From: Tubulanus polymorphus | Lineage: Eukaryota > Animalia > Nemertea | Assembly (NCBI RefSeq): GCF_964204645.1 | Contig: NC_134028.1 | Span: forward strand, 4,216,001-4,280,000 | DNA length: 64,000 nt | Reading direction: 5' to 3' | Shown: positions 47,611-60,800 of the stretch, piece by piece | Layout: every line of letters begins with the position of its first letter | How positions within the stretch are numbered: the stretch's first letter is position 1 | Program-made: the position numbers and the translations under genes | The notes under the pieces: model-generated | Seen by the model: the letters and a program-made list of their open reading frames with translations, nothing else | What the model was told of the DNA's origin: nothing | The model's database searches: none

Positions 47611-47848
47611 TACGAGAGAAGTCCCACAGTAATTCAGCCAATGTAAAGTTAGTTCTTTAGTAAACGCTATATATATATTTGAGCAACGTTTCGGCTACAG
47701 ACTAATAGCCATCATCAGGCGTACTGATGATGACTGAGTACGCCTGATGATGGCTAATAGTCTTTAAGCCGAAAAGTTGCTCGAATATATACACTTCTAT
47801 TCAAGAACCTTACATCTTTGGCTGAATTATTCTGGAATTCCTCTCGTA
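47611..47848. mobile_element. Foldback of about 240 bp with two hammerhead-ribozyme-like cores (Penelope-like element remnant)
   Basis: The arms TACGAGAG...CATCATCAGGCGTACT and AGTACGCCTGATGATG...CTCTCGTA are reverse complements. Each arm reads CTGATGA-T-GGCT..AGCC-GAAA. Confidence 0.7.
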
Positions 47849-50319
47849 AACGTAGAGATCTCACGCAAACAGTAGTGTGGAGGCAATTCATGATTATAAT
47901 TTCAACTACTTCCATTTATCGACTTGAAGAGATGGATTTAAACAAGGGTTAATACCCTGGGGCCCACTAGCACGTCCCTCTCATTCTTTAATGTGGTTAC
48001 CGTGTGGGTACATTATTGGCCCCGTCACAAACGTCACTTCCAATTGCCTAACTTATCGCAGATCAAAGAATTAGCCCGTCACGTTAATTGATGCCCCTCA
48101 CGCAGTGTTTCCTTTTCATTAGCTTTAGTAATCGCGGCCCTAATCGTGTTTAACACTCCATTTCTCCGGGTTCAGGCGACAGATCTCTAAGGAGAGCTCG
48201 CAGTCACTGATTTCGGTACGAGGATAAAATTACTGCATTTATTCTCAGTGATCACAGGCTCGCAATTACAGGCATCTCTAACTGTGTCTATTAAGTGGCT
48301 CTTTGATCGTGGTAACTGCTATTAAGCTGTTGAAAAAAGTTAAAACAGTTCTTTCAGCTGTTTTCGTGTGCAAGGAAATTCGTAATCTTTGTGGGATTCG
48401 AACCCAAGTATTCTGGCTAGTATAATGGCGGCAGTTCGTTTAGAGACATTTCAAACACATCACGGACTAATCTAGCAGTTGTTTGCCCGAAGCCGGCTCA
48501 ACTACGACCGCTTATTGAATTCATTGTGTTTGCGGGACCTCGAGCAGATTTACTTTTCTTCGCCGCTGAAACAACGAACGGCAAGTAATTCAAACGAATG
48601 AGGGAAATTGGTGTTGAAGATGAAAGCGATGTCCTTCGGGCCAAAAGCGCGCGTTTCTAACAAAACCTCATAACCCTAATCATTATCACAACGATACATT
48701 GATTAGCGAAGACAGGGCCAAGCGTGGCGGAAAAAGTGACGTCATAACCAGGGACGAAGGCTGTCAAAAAACCAGTAGCCGCGTAACTCTGCAGGAGATC
48801 TACTTAGTGTCCTGGACTGGGCAGGCATGGATTTCATCACAGCTTGTTTAATAAAAAGCCACACCTTGTATCGCTCATATATTCCACATATAACCGCACT
48901 TAAACAGTGTAGACGGCCATAAACTGTCAAATTTATAATAATAAACTAGCGTCATTAATTATTCGGTGAACGGATTATGACAGCGAAAAACAAATGATGG
49001 ATGTGTATGGGACCCATTAGCCAACTGCGATTACCCGACATACGACCATTGCAGGCGCTTCCAAGCACAAACAGTTGCCGATTAATAACAATCAAATTGT
49101 CAACTGAAACATTGGAAATGACGATAAATGTGAAGTATTAATTAGTTGTGAGATGGTATGGTTATTGTCAAATGTGTCGGCGAAGATAAACGGCTACCTG
49201 GGGAATGAGTTGATGTATTCCCCGAGATGCGGTAGCCACATCATCCATTTTGATCAGCTTGTGGAGTGTGCGCATATTAATATTTCATCGTGAAGCTGCG
49301 CAATAAACGATCATAACGCAAATGGGTTACGGAACAAGTCCATCAATCACAGGCGGCCCAGAGTCGAATAGTTGAATATCTTTCCGAACGCATCGACAGA
49401 CTCAGGCACTCGTGTTACCAACAGAAAAGATGAAGCCATCTCTATATTTAATCCATGTAGTCCAAAACGTAGATCATATACAGATGCAACCGTACGCACA
49501 ACTCTTTTCGCACGATTCGCAATAAAACTTATTGGGGTCAAAGAAGATACATGTGCGTAAATCTTATGAGAATCCTGCGGCCTGTGGTGATGATTGGTTG
49601 CTAGGAGATCACGTGGAGAATTATGGCGGTGACCTACATTTCGCATGAAAACAATCTTGCAAAGTATAAGATATCAGACGCATGAAAAACTTTATTTGTG
49701 AAATTTCAGTCAAAGCGAATAAGACACTGGTTCGACGCAGAATCTGCAATCTTCAATATCAATACCGGGTTCTTTCTGGCCCCGGTGCATTTTCTAAATG
49801 ACAAATTCGAATTGTCATTTTTATGATTTCAAAGAATGTGAATCGTTTAATTAGATTTTCATATCGAAGGAACCCAAAAACGTCTCCGCTGCGGTTCTAT
49901 TAGATCTGATAATTATACAAGTGGCTTCGGGCGACTGTCATATTCAGGTATTCGAAAGAATTATCTTTACTAGCAGCAGCAACCGAGTTTGAATTGACTG
50001 ATTCTTTCTGTTTCCCAGGGCGCTTGTCATCGACATGTCAATCAGCGCCTGCAGTTCGTTAAATATTGATTGCCGTAATAAACATGAAAACCTCGTCAAT
50101 CAAAATGTAAATCTGAAAACTCACATTCATCTCGATATCAGTACAAAAAAATACGAATCAGATGAAAAATTCTAGAATATTCCAGTGAACGCGAGTGTAG
50201 GAGTGGGATATAGCTTAAAGCAAGGCATGCGAGATACTGCAATCGATTTTGTTGGAACTTTCCATCTTCTGATCTGACAAAAAACGACAGATGAAATGAA
50301 TCTTAGATGAGCCATGAAA

Positions 50320-50592
50320 CAGTGGCGCATCCAGTGGGATATCCGTGGGGGTCCGCACACCCCCTAGAACTTTTAGGCCCTTGAAAATTCCGTCCACAGA
50401 ATTTCGGAACTAAGTATATACACATATGATTCGAAGAGAAATCAAAATTAAGTTTGAAGCGCTGAAAAGATTATCGACATTTTGTCCTGGCAATAGTTGT
50501 TTTACCATTCTAGAAGATCTAAGAAATTATTGCGTACGAAACAACGAAACAACGTCGACATCCCCATTCCTTTGACCTTGGATCAACCCCTG
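50320..50592. mobile_element. hAT-like MITE (CAGTGGCGGATCC family)
   Basis: CAGTGGCGCATCCAG ... TGGATCAACCCCTG. Confidence 0.55.
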
Positions 50593-53500
50593 TCAAAGTA
50601 TAACCATATTTTAGATGCCGATAGAGTGCATTGTTGAGTGATTTTCTTGGCAAAAATGATTATCATCGTGGTATTTGTGGAGTTGCACCGTCCCTCGAGA
50701 AAGGTAGCTAGCGATCGTGCTTTGGGCAGCGGAGATCGTGTATGAAAAATGAAATCAGTAGCAACATAACAAATCATTGAGGCTGTGAATAATTTGTACA
50801 TAATTTATTGCGTCTACCTCGCGGCGTCGGTTTTAAGGAAACGAAAGCGGTGTCAGAAAATCTTGTTTCACAATGAGCGCGTTTTAGCCCGAAGAGGTGC
50901 ATCCTCGCGTCATCGGCAAAATTTCACGATGATTGCGGCGTCTTTGATCGTGGTTACTCAGAAATTAACGTATATTCAATCAGGACTCGGCGACTGATGA
51001 ACGAAATGGAGTTTTACGTGCGAATACGCAGGCCACAAAATATGCCCCGAGTCACACACTGGCAAAACAGGAACTAGCCACGTAGACTACCCGGATGTAC
51101 CTATTTGCATACGACAGATGGGCGAAATAGGTCCCGGATGTGAAAAAGAGTGGCTTCTATTAATTCTAACCAGCGTCATCTTTCCGCAATTAGCGAGAAA
51201 TTGGTAGATACCTTAAAGAATATAAAGATATGCAGAGGAAGTGGGGGAAAATAACTTCCCGGCTGGGATTCGAAACCGAGTGTCGCGCATAGAGCGAAAC
51301 GTTACTCGGATACCGAAAGGCCGCGTCCGTGCAATGAAATACATTTTTTAGTGACTTTTCAATTGTCGTACAACTTTCAAAGCTGGAAAGGAAAATAATT
51401 GTTTATACTGAGATTATAAAAACTAATTTCAATCAAATCCATGTTGTTGGCTCTTTCTGTGTGTGATAACCAGTAAGTGAAGTTTAGTGTGAAATACACA
51501 CGAGATTATAGCTATTATTAATGATGATGAAGGCTTTAATGACGTCATTACAGGTGGTCGGTGGTAATGGCGGTAATTTAAGGCGGTGTCACAAACGCAA
51601 AGTTTATAATAAACGGGCGTATATGTATCCATTAATGGCTGCTTGGGCATTAATCTTTTTTTATGTCCTACTATAAAATGCGCTCCTTTAATTATTTTCA
51701 TTGAATCACCCGCTGTCAAGCGTCGTTATGGGATTCGACTGCACATTAAATCCGCTAAACGACAAAAGAATTAAAATTTACTGGGCACCATAAATACTCG
51801 TTACATATATTTATTTGTATATATCGATGCAGGCATACGTATTTGGAAATAGTTATAAGACGAATTTAATGATACGACTGATTTCGAAATAATGCAAAAT
51901 CTCTAGGTTTGTAGGCTTAATCGCTGGTTGAGCTTACAGCAAAGCTGTATGTAATAGGTCAGGTTTTGACTCGGTTGCGAGATATCTTTAAAAAAAACAG
52001 TTTCCGCGGTAGCTATTTTTGTCTTTAACGCTCTTATCCCATGAGTCCACGTGGTGCAGTGACCTGACCGAATAAAGCAAAGATGTCAGCATCTTCATTC
52101 AAAATCATCCGTGATGTATTTCAGAATAGCGATCAATTTCAATTACTTGATGCACGGAGTAAACACCACAATGTGACGGGTAGTATTTTCGACAAGGGCC
52201 TTGATCACGATGACTGAAAAGAGGTTTAACGAAAGCGAATATGACTAATAATAGCATATACATTTCAAACAGATATCATTAATCATAATTGAGTATCGTA
52301 TCGCACAGTAAATATTATATATTACCACCAAAATCTAATTACGTGCAAAAACCCATGATTAATGGACGATTACGTTGGTTAATGGCAATATATGTCATTA
52401 GCATGGCATTTTATGCGATTAATTCTGGAACCTGTAAGCTATAATGGTGGAGGGTTATCTGACGGATGAGATTTTTTACGCCGCTAACTACGGCATGTTA
52501 TCGTAATCAATAGAATAAATATATGACAAACAAGCAGCCACGTTTGTTCTGATTTCGATATCAAATGTCTGGCGATGATGTTTTGTAAGCTAATACGAAT
52601 AGATATATATATATGTCGGCACATTTCTCAAAGAAAACGTACAAAGCGAAAACGGGGGATAACGTTTTTACATGTCATGCGCGTATCATCGTTTCATGAA
52701 CATGAAGAGGAATGTCTGCGTGATTTTTGAATGTCAATGTTTTTAGATCTTCAAAGAGGCGATGTATTCTGTCGCTACACGAATAGACGAGGTACAGACC
52801 TGGTACTATAGACCGAGCTGGTGATCGAACACAGCGAAGACGTTGATCATCGTTTATTTTTCCACTCTGATCGTTGAATTTTGATCAACTTATAAAACCA
52901 AGTTTCGCAACTTGAATGAAATCAATAGACCTACACGTGCCTCGCATTCGTTTTACCGCAGAAAAACTGATGGACATTGATGCTGAAATCTAAGATAAAC
53001 GTCAGTGGCCATATTTACGCCATGGTTGACGTCGATAACAGGCCTTTATTATAAATGAGTATCTATTTTTGAAATGTTTTTTTTTCCACTAACGCCACAC
53101 GAGAATGATAAAGCACTTAAAGCTTTCAAAGGGTCGAGGGTTTCCGCAGAAGTGACAGCGAATGATCGATGACCGAAGCTGAAGTCTCGGAATGATCAAT
53201 GGCGGCCGTCAATTCATTCGACGAGTTGTATTACACTCACCAATGGATTATAAATGATATTCTAAACGTTTTTGACGCCAGCAAGCCTTATTTACGATAT
53301 AGCTGACAACCAAAGTGGAGACGAGTTGGCCGTCATTGTGACATCAATCCGGTCTCAGGGGTCGCCCCTAACAACTACGTGACCCGACATTAAATTATGA
53401 CACGGACGAAATGCACAAACGCATGACATGTAATCATCATTTTTTTGAGAATCTTCAGAAACGATACTCGGAATTGCGACGCTCGCGGTGAATCTAGCAT

Positions 53501-56500
53501 CAGTTTTACCCCACAGAATTGAAAATTTACATTTTTGCATTTTTTTCCGAAGTTGTTTTTCGCAGAATGAAATACAGACACTTTTTTAAATCATACGGAA
53601 GCCAGTTTGACAAGGAAAACACGCTTTCAATGTGGCTACTTTTGACTGGTAGAATGATTGATGACACTCGACGTATCTATTTTATTAACGATATCTGTTT
53701 ACATATTGTTTCAAATTCAAATACAGAACTAGATTATGGTGACGTATTTTTTCCTATTCGGTTATATCGGTACGGTTTCGGTTCAGCAAAAAGATGCCGA
53801 TCCCTCTCGTCTTCACACCATCGATGACGTGCGTTTTTTAAGAGGACATTAGACCGTAAATGGCCCTCTTCCCGTCATCAGTGTCACGACACTCTCACCA
53901 ATCATCACTAGACAGACGTATTGCCGGTTGCAGCCGTGTTCTAGACAAGTGATGGACCAGGAAGAATTGCGATCAAGATGAATCATGATCGTTCACAAAA
54001 ACGTTTTTTTGGGGGTACGACAATTTCCGCCCATTTACTCTACATATATACACAGTTCGTGATGATCTTCTGGTGAATTCAATCCCCCAACAACGAAAGC
54101 ATCAATAACAACCTTTAATCATTATACAATCTAGATTACTATGTATATTTATATACGTAGTTGAGTTCCTCTAATTAATGATTTTATGAAGAAGACGTGG
54201 GAGACTGGTTACAATTGCGGGTTCAATTTACAGAGGCTTCTGAGCACACGACTGGATGTGCGCAGGTATCTGTGTGATCTGTGAAACGGGATCCTTGATC
54301 AATGTCGCGCGCGCATATCTTCAGATTTATGATAATAATCTTAAGTTCGAATTTCACCTCCTCTGTATTTGCCGCCTGCTCTTAGTGAACCACGTGACCA
54401 CCGGGCGTTGTCGACGCAGCAGTCGCCGTGGAATGTGTCGCCGCACATAGTTGAACCGGCATCAGAAAAACCCGACACCTCGCGCATAAAACATGACATA
54501 TCGAATTTCGTCGAATAGAAAACTTCATAACCGTACTGACATTTTGGACATAATGCACGCTGGAGTGAGTAAATTCAAATACATATCCGTTCTCCGGCGC
54601 TAGTCTCATTTCATTCTTGTTCACGGGTTCTCGTTGGCACATTACGCCGCGAGGCTACGTAGGTTTTAGTTCCCAAGTTGGAGATCTGACAACTCATTCT
54701 CCGAGAATGCCCGAAGCAGCGCGCCGTCGCCTTTCAACGCTAATTTTCTCCGCGTCGTATTTTATTGACTGGTCGCCGGCCTGTCAACTTTCAATATGCT
54801 TGACACGATGAAAACAATGAATTTTGAAGCTTTCGACAAGTTTTGTGATATACGAGGATCACCTCGGGCTGTTATAATACTGCAGACGAATTTTCTAGAG
54901 ACCATAAAACTGCGTTTCATCCAACGCGAATCAGGAGAAAAAAACCGCTATAAGTAACTGGATATACGGACTATATACTTTAGTTTATTGTCGAATAAAA
55001 AGAGCCTCCTGGCTACGAAAAAATTGTATTATGTAAATAGATAGATTATACGTATCATATCTGCGTATATGGTTTAGATACATCACGAAATGGTCTCTCC
55101 AATTCCAATGTTTTTTTGTCGATCGAAATTGAAAATATAATTTACCTCGTATGCTCGTCCACCTGAGATCCAGACTACTTTTTCCAAAACTCACGTATCC
55201 TAATAGTAGAAATAAGATAGTTCATAACGAAAAACCAAGTATTGTGGCTGTTAGGCGAGCATCTTTAACGGGAAGCCTCTCGTTTATTGTATAGGTACTA
55301 TCTTTGGGATCCTGCTAGATGCATCTTGATGCCTGGACACCTATTGTGGCCTGATTCCACCTCTGCGCCCGCCCCTGGAAGACTGGCCACTGGTATCCAC
55401 GCTATCTTTAGTAGCGAAAAAAATACTCCGGCAGCCATCTTGAATTGGCTGTCTCAGGCTGTTATTTTGACGAGTCACTCTTTATACCTGGTAAAATTGG
55501 CTATTCATATTAAATAACTGGCAGAATTAAGGTTGACTGGTTCCACTCGATCAGTGTTAATATGCAGCTGAAGAAGGTTCAATAGATTCAGCCTACGTCT
55601 TCGCGATTGACGGCTTTTTATGAAAAAGCGATTTCCTGCAAGTTGTCAGAATGGACCAGGTAAGGCTAAGTGCCCTAATCAGGGGTAAAAGCCCTGGCAA
55701 GGGTGATTACAAACTGGCAAATGGCTAAATGAAAATGTCTGACAGCAAATTAGATCATCTCTTCTTGTTTCAGAGAGTGGCTCCGATGAAAGGAAATAGA
55801 GTTTGACACGAATGACACCAGACTGCGCGATCTAATAAAGATATATTGGCTAACCGAAGTTGATCAGAGAACACGAGTAGGGATTTATCCAGTCCAGGAA
55901 GAAAAAATATATGGCGCCGCTAAGAATGTCCAATCAAAAGTCCACTACTTTGAAAGTTTATTTCGTTCATCAGCACAAAAAGAGATCGATGATATTTTCA
56001 AATGATGATACTATACAATACTCAATCCGTATTAACATGCTTGAAATTCGAAGTATTCGTGTGAAATGGATGTTTGTCTGTGCAGTCATTAATATCAATA
56101 TCGAAAACTGATATATGATCTGACATCGAGTCGTAGGATACCAGACATGGTGATCGCTATGCAGGGAAAGACTTCGTGCGGTGATCGCTATCAATGGCAT
56201 TCGAGTTGTTGTTATCATCGTACGTTTGAACAAACTCGTTTTACGATTTCGTCTCGGGATTCTGCAATAATTACGATAAATAATGAATGTGTCGGTAATA
56301 AAACACACAAGAAGAACTGTCATAATAATCATCAAGTCGAATGTCACCAGTGGGACTGTTTTGATGGTGATGAAGACGGGTTATAACTCTGCAGTATCAG
56401 AACTAGCAGCGCAACCCCGTCACCTTACCACGGCCGTAAGAACCGGTATTGCGATGATCCCTGGCGTCTTGTTGTTAATCGCGTGAGTCGCTGGGAATCC

Positions 56501-57809
56501 CCCGAGCCCTATTATGGACGTGTTAAGTTGAGCACTAATGTTCAGAACGACACCTCACGTCATTATCGCACCCAGTAACATGCTATTTACACAACTCGTA
56601 ACGACTCGCAGCTGACAACGGCGAATGTCTCCGTAGACACCGGCATCCGCGGGCTACGCACACCTAACACTCTGGCGCCGGTATTCCGAACACTTGTACC
56701 AACGACATTTTGCCTCCATCCTCTACTATCGAAAGTAACGAGACTAACGACACATGAAAATCCAGCCAAACAACATGTCATGTGTAGATTCGTCAAAGTC
56801 TATATTCACGGTAGATGAGATTTAGAGTCAGTCAATTAATTAGGGGATGTCAGGTCCCTTACTAACCTGTTTCGATAGCGTGCCAAAGTTTGTTCGTTGG
56901 ATTTGGTTCCATGAGAAGTCGATTCCGAAGCAAATGTTCGTAAGCACGTTTTTTAAGAGCCATTGGTAATAACGACCATCCCCCAGTTATCAACATGGAG
57001 TTATAAATCGAGTCCACGGTCGAACCATCATCATTACTTATAGGATCTTGCATTATAAGACGCATAGAAGCTTTGTTTTGCACCGTGAGTCCTGGGAGGT
57101 TGGAAATGACCACTTTCAGACGAGCCCCAGTACAGTATCACATGTCAGAGACCATTTCACGTACCACGTCAGACGAAAATGTACGTTTATGAAATTCATC
57201 TTCGTTAATGATGTGATGGCGAAAGAAAATAGATTATCAATTTCACATCGAATTTCTTACCTTTTTCCAAATGACGCCATTGTATGATGTGCAGTTAACA
57301 ATTTTGCACGGTTGTCAAGGCGACTTTCCAGATAGATACATAGATGCAACACTCGGACCACATGGAAACGCAAAGGACATGCAAGATGAATATGGCATGA
57401 CAGATGTGTATCAGTAACATCTGTACCACGAGAAGACAGCTGTTATATAAAAAGGCGTGGCTAATGACATCAACAAAGATCGTATTTATCATTCCGATGG
57501 TTTCATAAGTGACAGTTACATCACGGCAGATGGTAAAATACACGAACATTGCAATGTGTTGTCAACAGCTCGTGATTGATGCGCTCGTAATGAAAGCGAA
57601 AGTCAAAAGGATAATGAATGACCAGCGCACGTTCTCCAAACTAAGGCGCCGAGGAAAATAATAACTCGTGTCACTGTCTTCCAGTATTACGTGTAAGCTT
57701 TCTTTATCTGCATGACCAAGAATACTCCCGACCTTGGGATGATCCAGCTATATGAAGGTGATGGATCACTTGAAATGACTAGTTTGTGTGCAACGTCATC
57801 CTTTGGTTA

Positions 57810-57885
57810 GGAATTCGAACCTGATGCGGGCATGTCGTGGCCGCTCGCGATGTCATCAGGTTCGAATCCCTGCCGAGGGAGGATG
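57810..57885. repeat. tRNA-derived SINE-like fragment with a local inverted duplication
   Basis: GGAATTCGAACCTGATG...CATCAGGTTCGAATCC places B-boxes on both strands and continues CTGCCGAGGGAGGATG as in the ATP5MF intron copies. Confidence 0.55.
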
Positions 57886-60800
57886 GCTACAATGTGCCTC
57901 ATTGGTCATTAAAACCCTTCATTTGAGTGCAGCTTGTGAGATTTCAGACACACAATATCACAAACATTTTTATATTTTGGGCAGTCATAGAAATGTCAGA
58001 TAACATGGGAATAATAAACTTCAGTTTACCATCTACAGGAGATTGAATAAACAACTTAAATCTTGGCTGAAGCTCGTCCAGTTATCAGTGATACTAAATA
58101 CGGGCTTCATTATGTTGAAACGGTCGCGTAATTAATTAGTCTCTTACAACTGACTGATTCATTGAATGTTACCTGTCGTTACTCGTCAAACTCAACAAAG
58201 TTATTAACGGTTGACCGGACTTCAACCAGTGCGCCAAGTCATCGCACAACGACGCCATATTGAATTTCCATTTCACCGCAGTGGGGGACGCCGACACTGA
58301 AACGAGTTGAACGGGGCCTCCTTCGGGCGCAGGTATCCGGTGTCCTACCATCAAATAACTAATTCTTTGTGGCGATACATTAATGTTTGATGATTTATTA
58401 TGTGCAATTAGCCCGATGTGCCGTTAGTTTTGCGGGTATGAAATTATAGACCTGAGAATACAATCGCATGCAATATGAGGCCTCTGGGCAGTTTTGCGAA
58501 ATGTTATCTACACAAAAAGACTTAAATATTAATCTTAAAACATGTATGGCTTTTAAGTTCGACGAAGGCACCTGCGGACGAAACAATTTTCATTCATAGC
58601 GAAAATTAGATAATGCAATCGTGTAAATGGTGCCCATGGGGTTCGAAATAAATATTTCATTGTACGGGCAGAAAAATAATCACGCGACTTATTATTTCTT
58701 GACATACAGAATTTCGTTGCCAAGACAATGCCCTTTATCCAGTAACTTCTATGATATCATGGTTTATATGCTTTCATTAATGGGACAGAATGAAAGTGAA
58801 AGCAGTGTTTCATGTGCCATGTTTTTCTATTTCTCCATTTCCACTTTCCATTACAGATTATTAAGTCGATACATCCGTGTATTTACAAAAAATGTTCTTG
58901 AACTCGATGCGACAATCAACACTTCATAACCTCAGAATGACTCTCCACAATCCATCAAGAAGGCAGCGGACTTTGATGTAAATTACGATGAGAAAACTAA
59001 GGGCGTTGGAATCAGCGGAGTGTGAATGTTCTTTGATATTTTTACAGCAGACATCCTCTCGAATTTCGTAGTGGTTTATTCGTTATAGCAGAAACAAACG
59101 TATAAGACACGTTTTCGTGTAAGATTTTGATCCCGCTTCGAAACCATGTACTGTATACCCGTTCTAGAAGGCACCGTGAATAAGATAGTTGCGACAGAAA
59201 GATGACACAGAAGGTAAGGGCTGTATAGCTCGACGACCTTTGATCAGATTCTTACTTTCTGACATGTAATAAACCGAAGACTGAAGATCACAAGGAATGT
59301 TTGATCTCGACAGTGAAACTCGTGTCCGATGACAGCAGAATTGCTTTGACGACAGTCGAGGCAGCTTTTAAGTTGTTATCTCGCCTGTCGATCAAATCCG
59401 TCTTTGAAGTTGTCACACAAAGCAGAAGAGCTACCGCGTCGACGAAAAATGCCGACCCGAGGGCAAAAGGCACTTAGCCGATCTTTGACGCGATATGACG
59501 GGTCCACACCTCGTAGACAATTCTCGTGGCTTCAGACCTGACAAGTGAGCGACATGTCAACAAAAGTTCAATGGCAGAAAACGAATTAGCAATGAAATTA
59601 AATGGCAACATGTTTTTTTGTATACAGAAAAGAGAGACAGCCGCCAATTACACAGATTATTGGGCGGTCTAGTAAGCACAGTTTCTGACAAACAGATAAG
59701 ATTTCAGACGAGCGAAGCCAGAGGGAAGTTCCCATGACCGTTGTCCGGCGTGGCTGTCCTAATTTGAGCCAATACGATGGGGATAGTGTTCCCCATTTGA
59801 ACGCACAAAATAAAGGAAACTTGCGCAAATTGCCTACAAACATATCGCAAAAATACCCCATTCACTAAAGCAAAATGTCGAACAATATAAAACATCTAGC
59901 AAAGGTCCTTATACTAATCGCCTTCGGTCGCCAACTTGATCATCAATCTAGATCATTCTGTGTACAGTTTTTCCCATGGATATACAAATTACCGCATACA
60001 TTTGAGTCTCCAGGGCACGCTGCAGTATATGGGCGCCAGTGGTACAAGTACTGGCGGAGTGATCTGTAACCTGAAGACAATGTGCAAGACTACTCTGTCA
60101 GTCGAAAAATAAATCAAGAGATCAGGCGAATCGAGCCTCGTTTCTTGCGGGTTAGCTGCCTTCTCGTCGTATCTGCAGTTCTAGGGTTTCTCATCAATCC
60201 AAACTTAGCCTACAGACCTACCAATTGACGCTATTAGCCGCCATGCTATTACATTCAATGAGTTTGTAGCCCCTAGCGGCTTGTAAGATCTTCCTTTGAA
60301 GCCGGTTCTTTCCATCTCCTCCGCTTGACGGTTCTTGGCCACGTTCGCCCGTAATTGCATCACTTTGACAGCCAACATGCATTACTTCCATTAAACTTAG
60401 TTTTCAATTGCGCTGACGAAGTAAAGGGGTACGAAATTGGTGCCCTAAAGAAGCGAATAGTAACACCGAGATCAGCCGTCAATTCATGCATTATTCGCTC
60501 AAATTCACTGTTCGCGTTTATAAGTTCGGTAAGTTCTTAGTTGAATGGCGCAATGAATGATGGCAGGGTAATCGGCTGACAGCTATTTTCTAAAAGGAAG
60601 TAGGTTACCCACATCAATATGTCATAAACATAACGAATGTTTGTATCCATAGGACAATATCCTCATATGGCACGTCGGTAGCAATGGGTTAATTGATCTC
60701 CAAGCATCCAGCAATACAATATCGTATACATAACGAAATAATAATCAGTTTGAGAGAAAGGGAGAAGTTCTCCTCAGCATCACCGCGGACATCAATCATC

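Noticed and set aside
48671-48679. TAACCCTAA, resembling a telomerase RNA template
   Set aside because: It is a 9-mer with no visible pseudoknot, CR4/5 or H/ACA domain, and is compatible with chance.
51255-51330. tRNA-like T-arm on the minus strand, with similar B-box fragments at about 3940, 4833, 36047 and 48393
   Set aside because: There is no complete cloverleaf, so these are better explained as SINE or pseudogene debris.
55195-55202. GTATCCT, resembling a U12 intron donor
   Set aside because: It reads GTATCCTA rather than GTATCCTT and has no associated exon. All WAPL and ATP5MF introns look U2-type.
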